A stretch of DNA of 64,000 nt from an uncultured Solirubrobacterales bacterium (lineage in GTDB: Bacteria > Actinomycetota > Thermoleophilia > Solirubrobacterales > 70-9). The first letter of the stretch is position 1. Every line of letters begins with the position of its first letter. Of this stretch, positions 33,539-44,984 are shown in pieces. A program made the position numbers and the translations under genes. The stretch lies in contig OY969915.1 of NCBI GenBank assembly GCA_963704545.1, positions 2,107,930 through 2,171,929 of the forward strand. The letters are read 5' to 3'. The notes beneath the pieces were generated by a model. That model had not been told where the DNA came from and did no database searches. It saw only the letters and a list, made by a program, of their open reading frames with translations.

Positions 33539-35196
33539 CACATCCGCTCCGGGGCCGAGATCCCGAGCAGCCCGAGCGAGCCGGCGATCGTGTGTTTGAC
33601 CAGCAGGGCGAGCGCCAGGCGCGAGCGCTCGACGCCTTCTCCCTCGGCGCCGATCACCTTGCAGTCGCGGTAGAAGCCGTGGAAGTCCGCGGCGACCGCG
33701 GTCGAGTAGGCGCAGATGCGGTGCGGCGCCCGGCGGGCGGCGGCCTCTCGCACCTCGCCGGGGAACTCGAGCAGGCGCTTGACCAGCTCGCGCTCGGTGG
33801 GCTCCAGCGAGCCGCCCGGGGTCTCTAAACCGGCGCCGGATACGACCTGCTCGGGCTCCAGCCCCGCCTTGCGCAGGATGCTGGCGATCCTCGCGTGGGC
33901 GTACTGGACGTAATAGACGGGGTTGTCGTTGGACTGGCGCCGGGCCAGCTCGAGGTCGAGGTCGACGGTGGTGTCGTGGCTGCGCCAGAGCATGAACCAG
34001 CGCGTCGCGTCGGCGCCGATGTCGTCGAGCAGCTCGTCCAGCGAGACGAACTCGCCGCTGCGCTTGGACATCTGCACCCGCTCGCCGCTTTCGACGATGT
34101 GGACGAGGCGCATGATCAGCGCCTCGAAACGGTCGGTGTCGAACCCGAGGCCGGCGATCGAGGTCCGCAGGCGGGCGACGTAGCCGTGGTGGTCGGCGCC
34201 GAACACGTCGATCAGCCGGTCGAAGCCGCGCTCGAGCTTGTCCCAGTGATAGGCGACGTCGGCGGCAAGGTAGGTCGGTTCGCCGTTGGCGCGAATCAGC
34301 ACCCGGTCCTTGTCGTCGTCGAAGCTCGTCGTGCGCAGCCAGAGCGCGTCTTCGCTGCGGTAGGTGTGGCCTTCCCGCTCCAGCTGCGCGAGGGCGGCGT
34401 CGACCTCGCCGCGGCTGTAGAGGTCGCGCTCGGAGACCCAGTTGTCGAAGCGGACGCCGAAGCGGTCGAGGGTGCCCCGCACGATCTCCAGCACCAGCTC
34501 CACGCCGCGGCGGCCGACCGCCTCGAGGTCGCCGGGGTCGATCCCCTCGTCGGCGATCTGCTTCCCCAGGTCGCCGACGTAGGCGCCTTCGTAGCCGTCC
34601 TCGGGCGGCTCCTCGCCGCGCATCCGGGCGGCGATCGAGGCCGCGAACCGGTCGATCTGCCCGCCGGCGTCATTGACGTAGAACTCGCGCTCGACCTCGT
34701 GCCCCACCGCCTCCAGCAGGCGGACGAGCGAGTCGCCGTAGGCCGCGTGGCGACCGCCGCCGATGTGCAGGGGGCCGGTCGGGTTGGCGGAGACGAACTC
34801 GACCAGGACGCGCTCGGGCGTGGCGGTCGGCTCCGGGCCGAGCCCTCGCTCGCCGGCGGCGGCGAGGCTGGCCATCGCACGCCGGTACCACGCGTCGGCG
34901 AGGAAGAGGTTGACGAACCCCGGGCCGGCGACCTCGATCCGCTCCACCGTTCCCTCGCCGAGCTGCTCGCCGAGCTCGGCGGCGAGCCTGGTCGCGACGT
35001 CGCGCGGGTTTTCGCCCATGGGCGCGGCGAGCAACATCGCCGCGTTGGAGCTGTAGTCGCCCAGCTCGGCCTTGGGCGGCCGCTCCAGCGTTGGCGCGGG
35101 ACCGGTCGGCTCCCCGTCACGCAAGGCGAGGGCGGCACGGTCCACCGCTGAGCGAAGCTCGGCGATCGGGTCGCTGGTTGCCGTCATGGCGCCCAT
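33538..35196 (-). CDS. argS: arginine--tRNA ligase
   Basis: It has the class I HIGH-type motif ANPTGPLHIGGGRH, QMSKRSG (KMSKS-like) and the C-terminal anticodon-binding DALR region. Confidence 0.9.
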   Translation of the reverse strand: MGAMTATSDPIAELRSAVDRAALALRDGEPTGPAPTLERPPKAELGDYSSNAAMLLAAPMGENPRDVATRLAAELGEQLGEGTVERIEVAGPGFVNLFLADAWYRRAMASLAAAGERGLGPEPTATPERVLVEFVSANPTGPLHIGGGRHAAYGDSLVRLLEAVGHEVEREFYVNDAGGQIDRFAASIAARMRGEEPPEDGYEGAYVGDLGKQIADEGIDPGDLEAVGRRGVELVLEIVRGTLDRFGVRFDNWVSERDLYSRGEVDAALAQLEREGHTYRSEDALWLRTTSFDDDKDRVLIRANGEPTYLAADVAYHWDKLERGFDRLIDVFGADHHGYVARLRTSIAGLGFDTDRFEALIMRLVHIVESGERVQMSKRSGEFVSLDELLDDIGADATRWFMLWRSHDTTVDLDLELARRQSNDNPVYYVQYAHARIASILRKAGLEPEQVVSGAGLETPGGSLEPTERELVKRLLEFPGEVREAAARRAPHRICAYSTAVAADFHGFYRDCKVIGAEGEGVERSRLALALLVKHTIAGSLGLLGISAPERM

Positions 35197-35285
35197 CGTA
35201 TGTAGGGGCGAGCGTGTCTGACTTTGTGGGTCCCATTGGCCCCCTAAAGTCAGACACCCCCCTTGGCACGGGTACGCTGGCCGGC

Positions 35286-36026
35286 GTGCGCGTTGCCGTG
35301 ATCACCGACGTCCACGCCAACCTGCCGGCGCTCGAAGCGGTTCTCGAGGCGGCGGAGGCGGCGGGAGTCGAGGAGACCTGGTGCCTGGGCGACGTGGTCG
35401 GGTACGGCGTCGAGCCCGACGCATGCGCCGACTTGGCGCGCGAGCGCTGCGACGTCTGCCTGGTCGGCAATCACGACCTGGCCGTCCTCGGCGCGCTCGA
35501 CATCTCCTCCTTCTCCGAGGCGGCGGCGGTGGCGGTCGAGTGGACGCGCGACAACGTCCACGAGCGCACGCTGGAGTTCCTGCGGACGCTGGAGCCAAGC
35601 GGCGAGCGAGAGGGAATCGGGCTCTTCCACGGGTCCCCCCGCGACCCGGTCTGGGAGTACGTGCTCTCTCGCGAGCAGGCCAATGCCGGGATGGACTCCC
35701 ACCCGTTGCGGATCGGGTTGATCGGCCACTCTCACGTCGCCCTCTTCTTCAACCGGCCCGAGGGCGAGGAATCCGGAGAGACCAGAGGCGGGCAGGCCGG
35801 TGACGGCGCCCTCCTCGACCTCAGTCGCGGCGGCTGGCTGGTCAACCCCGGCAGCGTCGGCCAGCCCCGCGACGGGGATCCGCGCGCCGCCTGGCTGGAG
35901 CTCGACACCGACGCCGGGACCGCCTGCTTCCACCGGGTCCCCTACGAAATCGCGATGGCGGCGGACCCGATCGCGGCCGCCGGCCTGCCCCAGCGCCTTG
36001 CCGATCGCCTCCACATCGGACAGTGA
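35286..36026 (+). CDS. metallophosphoesterase (YfcE/MJ0936-like)
   Basis: The motifs VAVITDVHAN, LGDVVGYG, GNHD and GHSH are present. The start was trimmed to GTG 35286. Confidence 0.75.
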   Translation: MRVAVITDVHANLPALEAVLEAAEAAGVEETWCLGDVVGYGVEPDACADLARERCDVCLVGNHDLAVLGALDISSFSEAAAVAVEWTRDNVHERTLEFLRTLEPSGEREGIGLFHGSPRDPVWEYVLSREQANAGMDSHPLRIGLIGHSHVALFFNRPEGEESGETRGGQAGDGALLDLSRGGWLVNPGSVGQPRDGDPRAAWLELDTDAGTACFHRVPYEIAMAADPIAAAGLPQRLADRLHIGQ

Positions 36027-36080
36027 GCCTCTATTTGCAGGGAAAACATGCTCGACAGGGTGTTCTCTAGACTCGCAACG

Positions 36081-36644
36081 ATGCGTCAGCTGGCCGCCCT
36101 CTCGCTTGCCCTTGCCCTCGGCGTCGCAACCGCCGTCGGTCTCGCATCCTGCGGAGGAGAGGATGCCGAGCTGCTGCCCGGCGCCACGGCGGCGGAGATC
36201 AGCGAAAACCTCGACACCGTCAAGCAGCTGGCAAGCGAAGGCGAATGCTCCGGGGCGGCCGATGCCGCCGAAGAGGTGAGCGCACAGGTGGAAGCGCTGG
36301 GCGGGCTCGATCCGGAGCTGAAGCAGGCGCTCGAGCGGGGCGCGGCCAGGCTGAGCGAAGTCGTCGTGACCTGCGAAGAAGCCACGACCGAAGCGTTCGA
36401 GCCCTCCACCGAAGACACCGAAGAAGCGGCGCCGAAGGTCCCGCCGGGCCAGGAAAAGAAGGAAGAGAAGGAACGGGAAAAGGAAGAAAAGGAAGCGGAA
36501 AAGGACCTGCCGCCCGACACCCCGACCACGCCGGCCGAAACGACGCCGGCCGAACCGCCGAGCGCCCCACCGCCGAGCGAAGACGGCGGCACCGGCGCGC
36601 CGGGCGGCGTCAGCCCGGCCGAACCGGCTCCCGAAGGCGAATGA
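36081..36644 (+). CDS. lipoprotein with a low-complexity E/K/P-rich tail
   Basis: MRQLAALSLALALGVATAVGLASCGG is a lipobox. The C-terminus contains KKEEKEREKEEKEAEK followed by a Pro-rich stretch. Confidence 0.6.
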   Translation: MRQLAALSLALALGVATAVGLASCGGEDAELLPGATAAEISENLDTVKQLASEGECSGAADAAEEVSAQVEALGGLDPELKQALERGAARLSEVVVTCEEATTEAFEPSTEDTEEAAPKVPPGQEKKEEKEREKEEKEAEKDLPPDTPTTPAETTPAEPPSAPPPSEDGGTGAPGGVSPAEPAPEGE

Positions 36645-37864
36645 CGGACAGAGGAACCCTCTCGGGTCGCTACGAGATCGGCGACCGGCTCGGCTCGGGC
36701 GGGATGTCGAGCGTGCACATGGCCACCGACCTGACTCTCGAGCGCACGGTCGCGGTCAAGATCCTCGCCGAGCACCTCTCCGACGACGAGCGCTTCGTCG
36801 CCCGCTTCCGCCGTGAGGCGCTCGCCGTCGCCAAGCTGATCCACCCCAACATCGTCCAGGTCTACGACACCGGCATCGACCGGGGGCGCCACTACATCGT
36901 GATGGAGTACGTGGAGGGCCGATCGGGCGCCCAGATCCTCCAGAAGGCCGGCCCGCTCGGCGCCGAGACGACGGCCGAGATCGGGGCCCAGGCCTGCGCC
37001 GGGCTCGACTACGCGCACCGGCGGGGGATCATCCACCGCGACGTCAAGCCGGGGAACCTGATGATCTTCGGCGGCCCTGTCGGCGGCGGAGAGATGACGG
37101 TGAAGCTGACCGACTTCGGCATCGCCCGCGCGGTCGAACAGACCCGGATCACCCAGGTCGGCTCGGTGGTCGGCACAGCCGCCTACCTCTCCCCCGAGCA
37201 GGTCCGCGGCGAGGAGGCGACGCCGGCGACCGACGTCTACGCGCTCGGCGTCGTCCTCTACCAGTTCCTTACCGGGCGGCTGCCGTACGAGGGGTCGACC
37301 CTGGCCGAGCTGGCCGTGCGCCAGCAGAACGAGAAGCCGCTTCCGCCCAGCACCTACAACGACGAGGTCTCCGAGACGCTGGGGGCGGCGGTGCTGCGGG
37401 CCCTGGAGGGCGACCCGGCGCGCCGCTACGCCAGCGCGAGCGAGCTGGCCGGCGGCCTGCAGCTGGGGCTCGAGGGCGAGGACGTCACTCTGCCGCTCGG
37501 CGAAGCCGCCACGCCCACCCAGGTCCTCGGCGGAGAGACCGCGACCCGCCACCTCGACCGCACCGCCCAGACCGAGTACCGCCCGGCCCCGTCGCCGACA
37601 AGGCGGCCGGTGCCTCGCGCACCGCTCCCGCCACCGGTGGCGCAGCGCCCGGCAAAGGCAGCGCAGAAACGCAGTGCCTTCTCCCGCTTCGCCAGGTTCG
37701 TGATGGCACTGGTGGCCCTGGTCCTTATCGCCGCCGCCGTTGCCGCCGCCGTGATCTACACGACGGACAAGGCAACCGGCGTCAAGGCCACCGAAGTCGC
37801 CGGCAACACCGTCGACCGGGTCGTCGAAGAATTCAAGGACCTGGTCAAGAAGAACACGGAATAG
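36641..37864 (+). CDS. Ser/Thr protein kinase (Hanks-type), single C-terminal TM
   Basis: It has GSGGMSSV (Gly loop), VAVK, HRDVKPGN, DFG and SPEQ. ATG at 36641 overlaps the lipoprotein stop (ATGA). Confidence 0.85.
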   Translation: MTDRGTLSGRYEIGDRLGSGGMSSVHMATDLTLERTVAVKILAEHLSDDERFVARFRREALAVAKLIHPNIVQVYDTGIDRGRHYIVMEYVEGRSGAQILQKAGPLGAETTAEIGAQACAGLDYAHRRGIIHRDVKPGNLMIFGGPVGGGEMTVKLTDFGIARAVEQTRITQVGSVVGTAAYLSPEQVRGEEATPATDVYALGVVLYQFLTGRLPYEGSTLAELAVRQQNEKPLPPSTYNDEVSETLGAAVLRALEGDPARRYASASELAGGLQLGLEGEDVTLPLGEAATPTQVLGGETATRHLDRTAQTEYRPAPSPTRRPVPRAPLPPPVAQRPAKAAQKRSAFSRFARFVMALVALVLIAAAVAAAVIYTTDKATGVKATEVAGNTVDRVVEEFKDLVKKNTE

Positions 37865-39062
37865 CGGCCCAGGGTGACGCGCCCTTCAGGACCGCGGCTG
37901 AATAGCTGGGGTAGGTGCCGGCTGCGATGGCGGCGCGGGCATTGGCCATCAGCTCCTGCAGGTACGTGAGGTTGTGCAGGCAGAGGAGGCGGACCGCGGT
38001 CAGCTCCTCGGCGCGGGAGAGGTAGCTGAGGTAGTCGCGGTCGTGGTTCTGGCAAGCGGGGCAGGGGCAGCCGTCGACTATCGGGTTGCGGTCGCCCTCG
38101 TGGCCGGACTTGCGCAGGTCGAGGCGGAAGCGGTTGTCGGGGTTCGGAACCAGGGCGACTCCGTGGCGGGCAAGGCGGGTGGGGACGGCGCAGTCGAAGA
38201 CGTCGAGGCCGAGGGCGATGCCGGCGAGCAGGTCGTCGACCTCGCCGATGCCGAGCAGGTGCTTGGGCGCCTCCTCCGGCAGCAGCGGCGCGGTCATCGC
38301 CAGCACCTCGCGCATCTCGGCCTTGTCGCGCCCCAGGGTGCCGCCGATCGCGAGGCCGTCGACGCCGGCGGCCGAGACGTACTCGGCAGACTCGCGCCGC
38401 AGGTCCTCGTGGACGCCGCCCTGGACGATGCCGAACACGGCCTGCCGCTCGGGCCCCTCACGCTCGTGCCACTCGAGGCAGCGGTCGAGCCAGCGGTGCG
38501 TGCGCTCGGTCGAGCGCGCCGTGTACTCGCGGTCGGCGTGAAACGGCGTGCACTCGTCGAAGACCAGGGCGATGTCGGAGCCCAGCGCCGCCTGTACCCG
38601 CATCGAGACCTCGGGCGAGATGAACAGCTCGGTCCCGTCCCGGTAGGAGCGGAACCGCACCCCCTCCTCCTCGATCAAGACAACCGACCCGTGGTCGCCC
38701 CCCTGCCGCCCGCTCCCCTTGACCTCGTTGGCGACCCCGCCATGCGCGAGCGAGAACACCTGAAACCCACCGGAATCGGTGATCAGCGCCCTGTCCCACC
38801 CCATGAACCCATGCAGCCCCCCTGCCGCCGCAATCCGCTCCGGCCCCGGCGACACAAACAGGTGGTACGTATTCCCCAACACCATCTCGTAGCCAAGGTC
38901 AGCCACCTCGCGAGCCTCCAGGCCGCGCACGGTGCCTTTGGTAGCCAGCGGAATGAACGCGGGCGTCTGGACCGGCCCGTGGGCGGTGTGCAGCGTCCCG
39001 GTCCGAGCCGCCCCATCCCTCGCTTCGATCTCAAACCTCAACCTGTCCGGCTCGTGCCTCAT
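37845..39062 (-). CDS. tgt: tRNA-guanine transglycosylase (queuine tRNA-ribosyltransferase)
   Basis: TPAFIPLATKGTV...MVLGNTYHL...DSGGFQVFSL...CPCPAC..H match the Tgt pattern. The start was trimmed to MRHEPD. Confidence 0.9.
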   Translation of the reverse strand: MRHEPDRLRFEIEARDGAARTGTLHTAHGPVQTPAFIPLATKGTVRGLEAREVADLGYEMVLGNTYHLFVSPGPERIAAAGGLHGFMGWDRALITDSGGFQVFSLAHGGVANEVKGSGRQGGDHGSVVLIEEEGVRFRSYRDGTELFISPEVSMRVQAALGSDIALVFDECTPFHADREYTARSTERTHRWLDRCLEWHEREGPERQAVFGIVQGGVHEDLRRESAEYVSAAGVDGLAIGGTLGRDKAEMREVLAMTAPLLPEEAPKHLLGIGEVDDLLAGIALGLDVFDCAVPTRLARHGVALVPNPDNRFRLDLRKSGHEGDRNPIVDGCPCPACQNHDRDYLSYLSRAEELTAVRLLCLHNLTYLQELMANARAAIAAGTYPSYSAAVLKGASPWAAIPCSS

Positions 39063-39099
39063 CGAATCACTGATCCTGTCGCATGGCCGTCGGGACGGC

Positions 39100-40614
39100 C
39101 TACCCAACAACCAGCGATTTACCAGTCATAGCCCCAGGCTGCGGAATCCCGAGCAACTCGAGCGCCGTCGGCGCCACGTCGGCGAGAATCCCGTGCTCAC
39201 GCAGAGTCAGCCCCTCCGCCGTCACGATCAGCGGCACCGGGTTCAAAGAGTGCGCGGTGTTCGGCGAGCCGTCGGGCTCGAGCATGTGATCGCAGTTCCC
39301 ATGGTCCGCCGTGACGATGCAGGCACCCCCCTTGGCGCTCACCGCCTCGATCACGTCGGCGAGGCGGCTGTCGACCTCCTCGACCGCCTGCACCGCCGCG
39401 GGAATCACACCCGTGTGCCCGACCATGTCGGGGTTGGCGAAGTTGATGATCCCGAAGCGGTAGTCCCCCTCGCTCCAGTGACTGACGAAGGTGTCGGCGG
39501 CGGCGCGGGCGCTCATCTCGGGCTTGTGGTCGTAGGTGGGCACGTCGCGGGGCGACTCGACCAGGTGGCGCTCCTCCCCCTCCCACTCCTGCTCGCGACC
39601 GCCGTTGAAGAAGTAGGTGACGTGAGCGTACTTCTCGGTCTCGGCCACGTGCAGCTGGCGAGCGCCCGCCTCGGAGATCGTCTCCGCCAGCGTCGTCTTC
39701 GGCCGCGCCTCGGGAAAGGCGACCGGATAGGGCCAGCCCTTGCGGTACTCGGTCATCGTCGTCAGGTCGAGGACCGGGCCACCGGCGCGTGAGAACTCCT
39801 CGAAGCCCGGTTCGGCGAGCGCGCGGGTCATCTGGCGCGCCCGGTCAGGGCGGAAGTTGACGAAGATCGCGACGTCGCCGGGGGCGACGCCGTCGTACTC
39901 GCCGATCACGGTCGGCTTGACGAACTCGTCGGTCTCGTCGCGCTCGTAGGAGGCCTCGACCGCCTCCTCGGAGCTCGCCGCGCTCAAGCCCTCTGCGTGG
40001 ACGATCGCGTCGTAGGCGAGCTTCGTCCGCTCCCAGCGCGTGTCGCGATCCATCGCGTAGTAGCGGCCGCTGACCGTGGCGACGCGGCCGGCCTGCCGCA
40101 GCCAGCGCTCCAGCTCGTGCACGTAGCCGCGGCCGCCGTGCGGCAGGGTGTCGCGCCCGTCGGTGAAGGCGTGGAAGACGACGTCGGGGACGCCCTCGTG
40201 CGAGGCGAGCTCGATCGTCGCCTCGATGTGCTCCCAGCCGGAGTGCACGCCGCCGTCGGAGACGAGGCCGAGCAGGTGCAGTCGCCCGCGCGGGCTGCGG
40301 CGGGCCCGGTCGCAGGCGGCGAGCAGCGCCTCGTTTTCGAAGAAGGTGCCGTCGGCGATCGCGTCGTCGATCCGGGCCAAGTCCTGCTTGACGATCGCCC
40401 CGGCGCCGAGGTTGAGGTGGCCGACCTCGGAGTTGCCCATCTGACCGTCCGGCAGGCCGACGTCGCGGCCCTGGGCCGAGAGCCGCGTGTGAGGGAAGCC
40501 GTCCCAGAGGCGGTCGAAGACGGGTGTCTCGGCGAGCGATATCGCGTTGCCCGGTCCGGGCTCGGCCAGACCCCAGCCGTCGAGGATGACCAGTGCGAGC
40601 GAGGGGACCGTCAC
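39100..40614 (-). CDS. gpmI: 2,3-bisphosphoglycerate-independent phosphoglycerate mutase
   Basis: LVILDGWG...GQMGNSEVGHLNLGAG...TADHGN is the iPGM pattern. Confidence 0.9.
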   Translation of the reverse strand: MTVPSLALVILDGWGLAEPGPGNAISLAETPVFDRLWDGFPHTRLSAQGRDVGLPDGQMGNSEVGHLNLGAGAIVKQDLARIDDAIADGTFFENEALLAACDRARRSPRGRLHLLGLVSDGGVHSGWEHIEATIELASHEGVPDVVFHAFTDGRDTLPHGGRGYVHELERWLRQAGRVATVSGRYYAMDRDTRWERTKLAYDAIVHAEGLSAASSEEAVEASYERDETDEFVKPTVIGEYDGVAPGDVAIFVNFRPDRARQMTRALAEPGFEEFSRAGGPVLDLTTMTEYRKGWPYPVAFPEARPKTTLAETISEAGARQLHVAETEKYAHVTYFFNGGREQEWEGEERHLVESPRDVPTYDHKPEMSARAAADTFVSHWSEGDYRFGIINFANPDMVGHTGVIPAAVQAVEEVDSRLADVIEAVSAKGGACIVTADHGNCDHMLEPDGSPNTAHSLNPVPLIVTAEGLTLREHGILADVAPTALELLGIPQPGAMTGKSLVVG

Positions 40615-40672
40615 GGCAGCTCCTTCCGGTGCGCTTTATCCCCGAATAGGGGTGGAAAGGCGCACCGGAAGC

Positions 40673-41425
40673 TCATGCGGCGTTCACTATGGCAGCGAAG
40701 TCAGCGGCGTCCAGACTGGCGCCGCCGACCAGGGCACCGTCGATGTCGGGCTGTCCCATCAGCTCTTCCGCGTTGCCGGGCTTGACCGAGCCGCCGTAGA
40801 GGATGCGCACGGCGTCGGCTGCGGCACCGCGCTCGCGCAGCAGGTCGCGGATGTGGGCACAGGCCTCCTGGGCCTGCTCGGGAGTCGCGGTGCGCCCGGT
40901 GCCGATCGCCCAGATCGGCTCGTAGGCGATCACCACGTCGCTCAGCCTGCCGCCCTCGACCCCGGCGAGGTCGGTCTGCAACTGGCGCTCCAGCACGGCC
41001 TCGGTCTGGCCGCCGTCGCGCGCCTCCTCGGTCTCGCCGACGCAGAGGATCGGCTCCAGGCCGGCGGCGAGCGCGGCGGGCACCTTGCGCGCCAGCGCCT
41101 CGTCGGTCTCACCGAAGAGCTGGCGCCGCTCGGAGTGGCCGAGGACCACCGCCTCGACGTCGAGCTCGACCAGCATGGCCGCCGATATCTCGCCGGTGAA
41201 CGCACCCGAAGCCTCCTCGTGCATGTTCTGCGCGGCGACCTTGACGGCCGTGCCGTAGCGGCGCTCGACCACGGCGCTCAGGGCCGTGAACGGCGGGCAG
41301 ACCACCACGTCGTTCTGCGTCGCCGCGATCTGCGGCAGCAGCGCGTCGACGAACTCGGCCGCCTCGGCGACCGTCTTGTGCATCTTCCAGTTGGCGGCGA
41401 CGTACGGCGTTCGGTCAGAGCCCAT
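40673..41425 (-). CDS. tpiA: triose-phosphate isomerase
   Basis: The motifs ANWKMH, GHSERR, AYEPIWAIGTG and GGSV are present. Confidence 0.9.
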   Translation of the reverse strand: MGSDRTPYVAANWKMHKTVAEAAEFVDALLPQIAATQNDVVVCPPFTALSAVVERRYGTAVKVAAQNMHEEASGAFTGEISAAMLVELDVEAVVLGHSERRQLFGETDEALARKVPAALAAGLEPILCVGETEEARDGGQTEAVLERQLQTDLAGVEGGRLSDVVIAYEPIWAIGTGRTATPEQAQEACAHIRDLLRERGAAADAVRILYGGSVKPGNAEELMGQPDIDGALVGGASLDAADFAAIVNAA

Positions 41426-41580
41426 TCGGAATCTCCATGTGTGCGGCTGGCGAGCGCCGGGTCAAGCGAGGCAAGGACGCAGGGAGGCGCGAATGGCAGC
41501 GCCATTCGGCCGACCGAGGACGCAGCATCGCGCAGCACCCGCCGCCACCAGGCGTGCGCAGGGAGATTTTGAATGGGCTC

Positions 41581-42768
41581 CTAAGCATCTCGCAGAGCCT
41601 CCACTCCCGGCAGCTTCTTTCCCTCCAGCAGCTCCAACGACGCTCCTCCTCCGGTCGATAGCCAGTCCACTTTGTCAGCGAGCCCGAACTGCTGCAACGC
41701 GGCGACGGAGTCGCCGCCGCCGATCACGGTCGTCCCCGGCGCCGCGGCGACGGCCTCGGCGACCACGCGGGTGCCGGCCGCGAAAGGGGCCAGCTCGAAG
41801 GCGCCCATCGGCCCGTTCCAGAGCACGGTGCCGGCGGAGCCGATCTCCTCGGCGTAGGCGGCTGAGCTGCGCGGCCCGATGTCGAGCCCCATCCAGCCGT
41901 CGGGAACCTCGACGCCGTCGCTCTCGCGCACCTCGGTGCCGGCGTCGAAGCTCTCGCCAAGCACGAGATCGACGGGAAGCCGCAGCTCGCAGCTGGAACC
42001 GGCCGCCCGCTCCAGCGCCTCCGCCGCCAGCGTCACACCCTCCTCCTCGACCAGCGAGTTGCCGGTGGCGATCCCCTGGGCACGGAAGAAACTGAAGCAC
42101 ATCGCACCGCCGATCAGGATCTCGTCGGCGACCTCGAGGAAGCGGTCGATGACACCGACCTTGTCGCTGACCTTGGCGCCGCCGAGCACGACGAGCAGCG
42201 GTCGCTGCGGCGACTCGACCACCCGGGTCAGCTCCGTCACCTCGCGCTCCAGCAGCAGCCCCGCGTAGCCGGGCAGATACCCGGCGACCCCCGCCGTGCT
42301 GGCGTGGGCGCGGTGGGCGGCGCCGAAGGCGTCGTTGACGTATATGCCTGCGAGCCTCGCCAGCGACTCGGCGAGCGCCGGGTCGTTCTCCGTCTCGCCC
42401 GGCTCGAAGCGAACGTTCTCGAGCAGCAGCACGCCCCCTGGCCCGAGCCCCCTGGCCATCGTCTCGACGTCCTCGCCGATAACCGCCGGCGCCTGGCGGA
42501 CCGGCGCTCCGAGAAGCTCCGTCAGGCGCTCTCCGACGGGCCGCATCGAGAGTTCGGCGACGACCTTCCCCCTGGGCCGACCGAGGTGGGAGACGAGGAC
42601 CACCGACGCGCCTCGGTCCCGCAGCATCTCGATCGTCGGCAACGCCGCCCGGATCCTCGTGTCGTCGGACACCCGGCCCCCGTCCAGCGGGACGTTGAAA
42701 TCGACCCTGACGAGGACGCGCCTACCGGCGACCTCGGCGTCGCGGACGCTTGCCCTGGAGAAGCTCAC
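41581..42768 (-). CDS. pgk: phosphoglycerate kinase
   Basis: RVDFNVP...SHLGRP...GGGDS...STGGGA is the PGK pattern. Confidence 0.9.
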   Translation of the reverse strand: MSFSRASVRDAEVAGRRVLVRVDFNVPLDGGRVSDDTRIRAALPTIEMLRDRGASVVLVSHLGRPRGKVVAELSMRPVGERLTELLGAPVRQAPAVIGEDVETMARGLGPGGVLLLENVRFEPGETENDPALAESLARLAGIYVNDAFGAAHRAHASTAGVAGYLPGYAGLLLEREVTELTRVVESPQRPLLVVLGGAKVSDKVGVIDRFLEVADEILIGGAMCFSFFRAQGIATGNSLVEEEGVTLAAEALERAAGSSCELRLPVDLVLGESFDAGTEVRESDGVEVPDGWMGLDIGPRSSAAYAEEIGSAGTVLWNGPMGAFELAPFAAGTRVVAEAVAAAPGTTVIGGGDSVAALQQFGLADKVDWLSTGGGASLELLEGKKLPGVEALRDA

Positions 42769-42787
42769 AGCTCCGACCCGGCCGGGA

Positions 42788-44184
<1,397 letters not shown>

Positions 44185-44213
44185 GCGGCAGGGAGGCTAT
44201 ACCGGCGGGCGGA

Positions 44214-44984
44214 TCAGCCGCCGCGCGGGGTCCAGCGGAAATAGCGGATCGCGAGCAGGAGACCGGCAACGCCCCAGATCGCGACGACGGCGAGGTTGCC
44301 CCAGTCCAGACCGCTGGCACCGCCGGGGATGTAGGCGTCGAAGAAGGCCTGGAAGAAGTCGCGGACCGGGAAATGATTGGCGAAGTCGGTGACGCCCTGC
44401 GGCAGCTCGTCTTCGGGGATGAACACGCCGGAGAGGAAGTACAGGGGGAGAAGCAGCGCGTTGACGATCGGCGCGGCGGCGTCCTGCGAGGGGATCACCG
44501 CGGTGAGCGCGATTCCGAGGCAGCAGAAGGCGGCGGCGCCGACGACGAGGACGACGATGATCTCCGGCAGCTGCCCCCAGGGAATCGCGACACCGTAGAG
44601 AACGCGGCCGAGCGTCGCGACCAGGGCGAGCATGATCAGGGCGAGGACGATCGAGTTGCCGATCCGGCCGGCGATGAAGACCCAGGCCGGCATCGGCGTC
44701 CCCCGCCCGCGCTTCAACCGGCCGTCCTCGCGCGCGATCACCAGCGTCATCGCGAGGTTCTGCATCGTCGCCGAGATCACCGCGAGGGTGATGATCGCCG
44801 GCACGTAGTAGGCGGTGGTGTCTATCCCGCCCCGCACGTCGATCGTCTGGTCGCCGAACACCGTGGCGAAGATCAGCAACAGGATGACCGGGAAGCCGAC
44901 CGTGAAGAAGACGGCGGCGGGATTGCGCCAGAAGGCCTTCTGGTCGTAGCGGAACTGGTGGGCGACGAGCGCCAGGCCGCTCAT
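44214..44984 (-). CDS. ABC-2 type transporter permease
   Basis: It has six TM segments and the typical N-terminus ...FRYDQKAFWRNPAAVFFTVGFPVILL. It overlaps the ATPase stop by 4 nt. Confidence 0.8.
   Translation of the reverse strand: MSGLALVAHQFRYDQKAFWRNPAAVFFTVGFPVILLLIFATVFGDQTIDVRGGIDTTAYYVPAIITLAVISATMQNLAMTLVIAREDGRLKRGRGTPMPAWVFIAGRIGNSIVLALIMLALVATLGRVLYGVAIPWGQLPEIIVVLVVGAAAFCCLGIALTAVIPSQDAAAPIVNALLLPLYFLSGVFIPEDELPQGVTDFANHFPVRDFFQAFFDAYIPGGASGLDWGNLAVVAIWGVAGLLLAIRYFRWTPRGG

Noticed and set aside
36086-37552. A 488-aa minus-strand ORF opposite the kinase and lipoprotein genes. Similar long antisense ORFs include 536..1699, 7721..8377, 10817..12124, 12527..13954, 17059..18219, 18256..19788, 33895..35151, 37974..39131, 42296..43795, 45101..47164, 46828..48825, 57124..58152 and 62309..63163.
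   Set aside because: All lie opposite genes with strong family motifs, have biased Arg/Ala/Gly/Pro composition, and lack motifs. They are a high-GC artefact.
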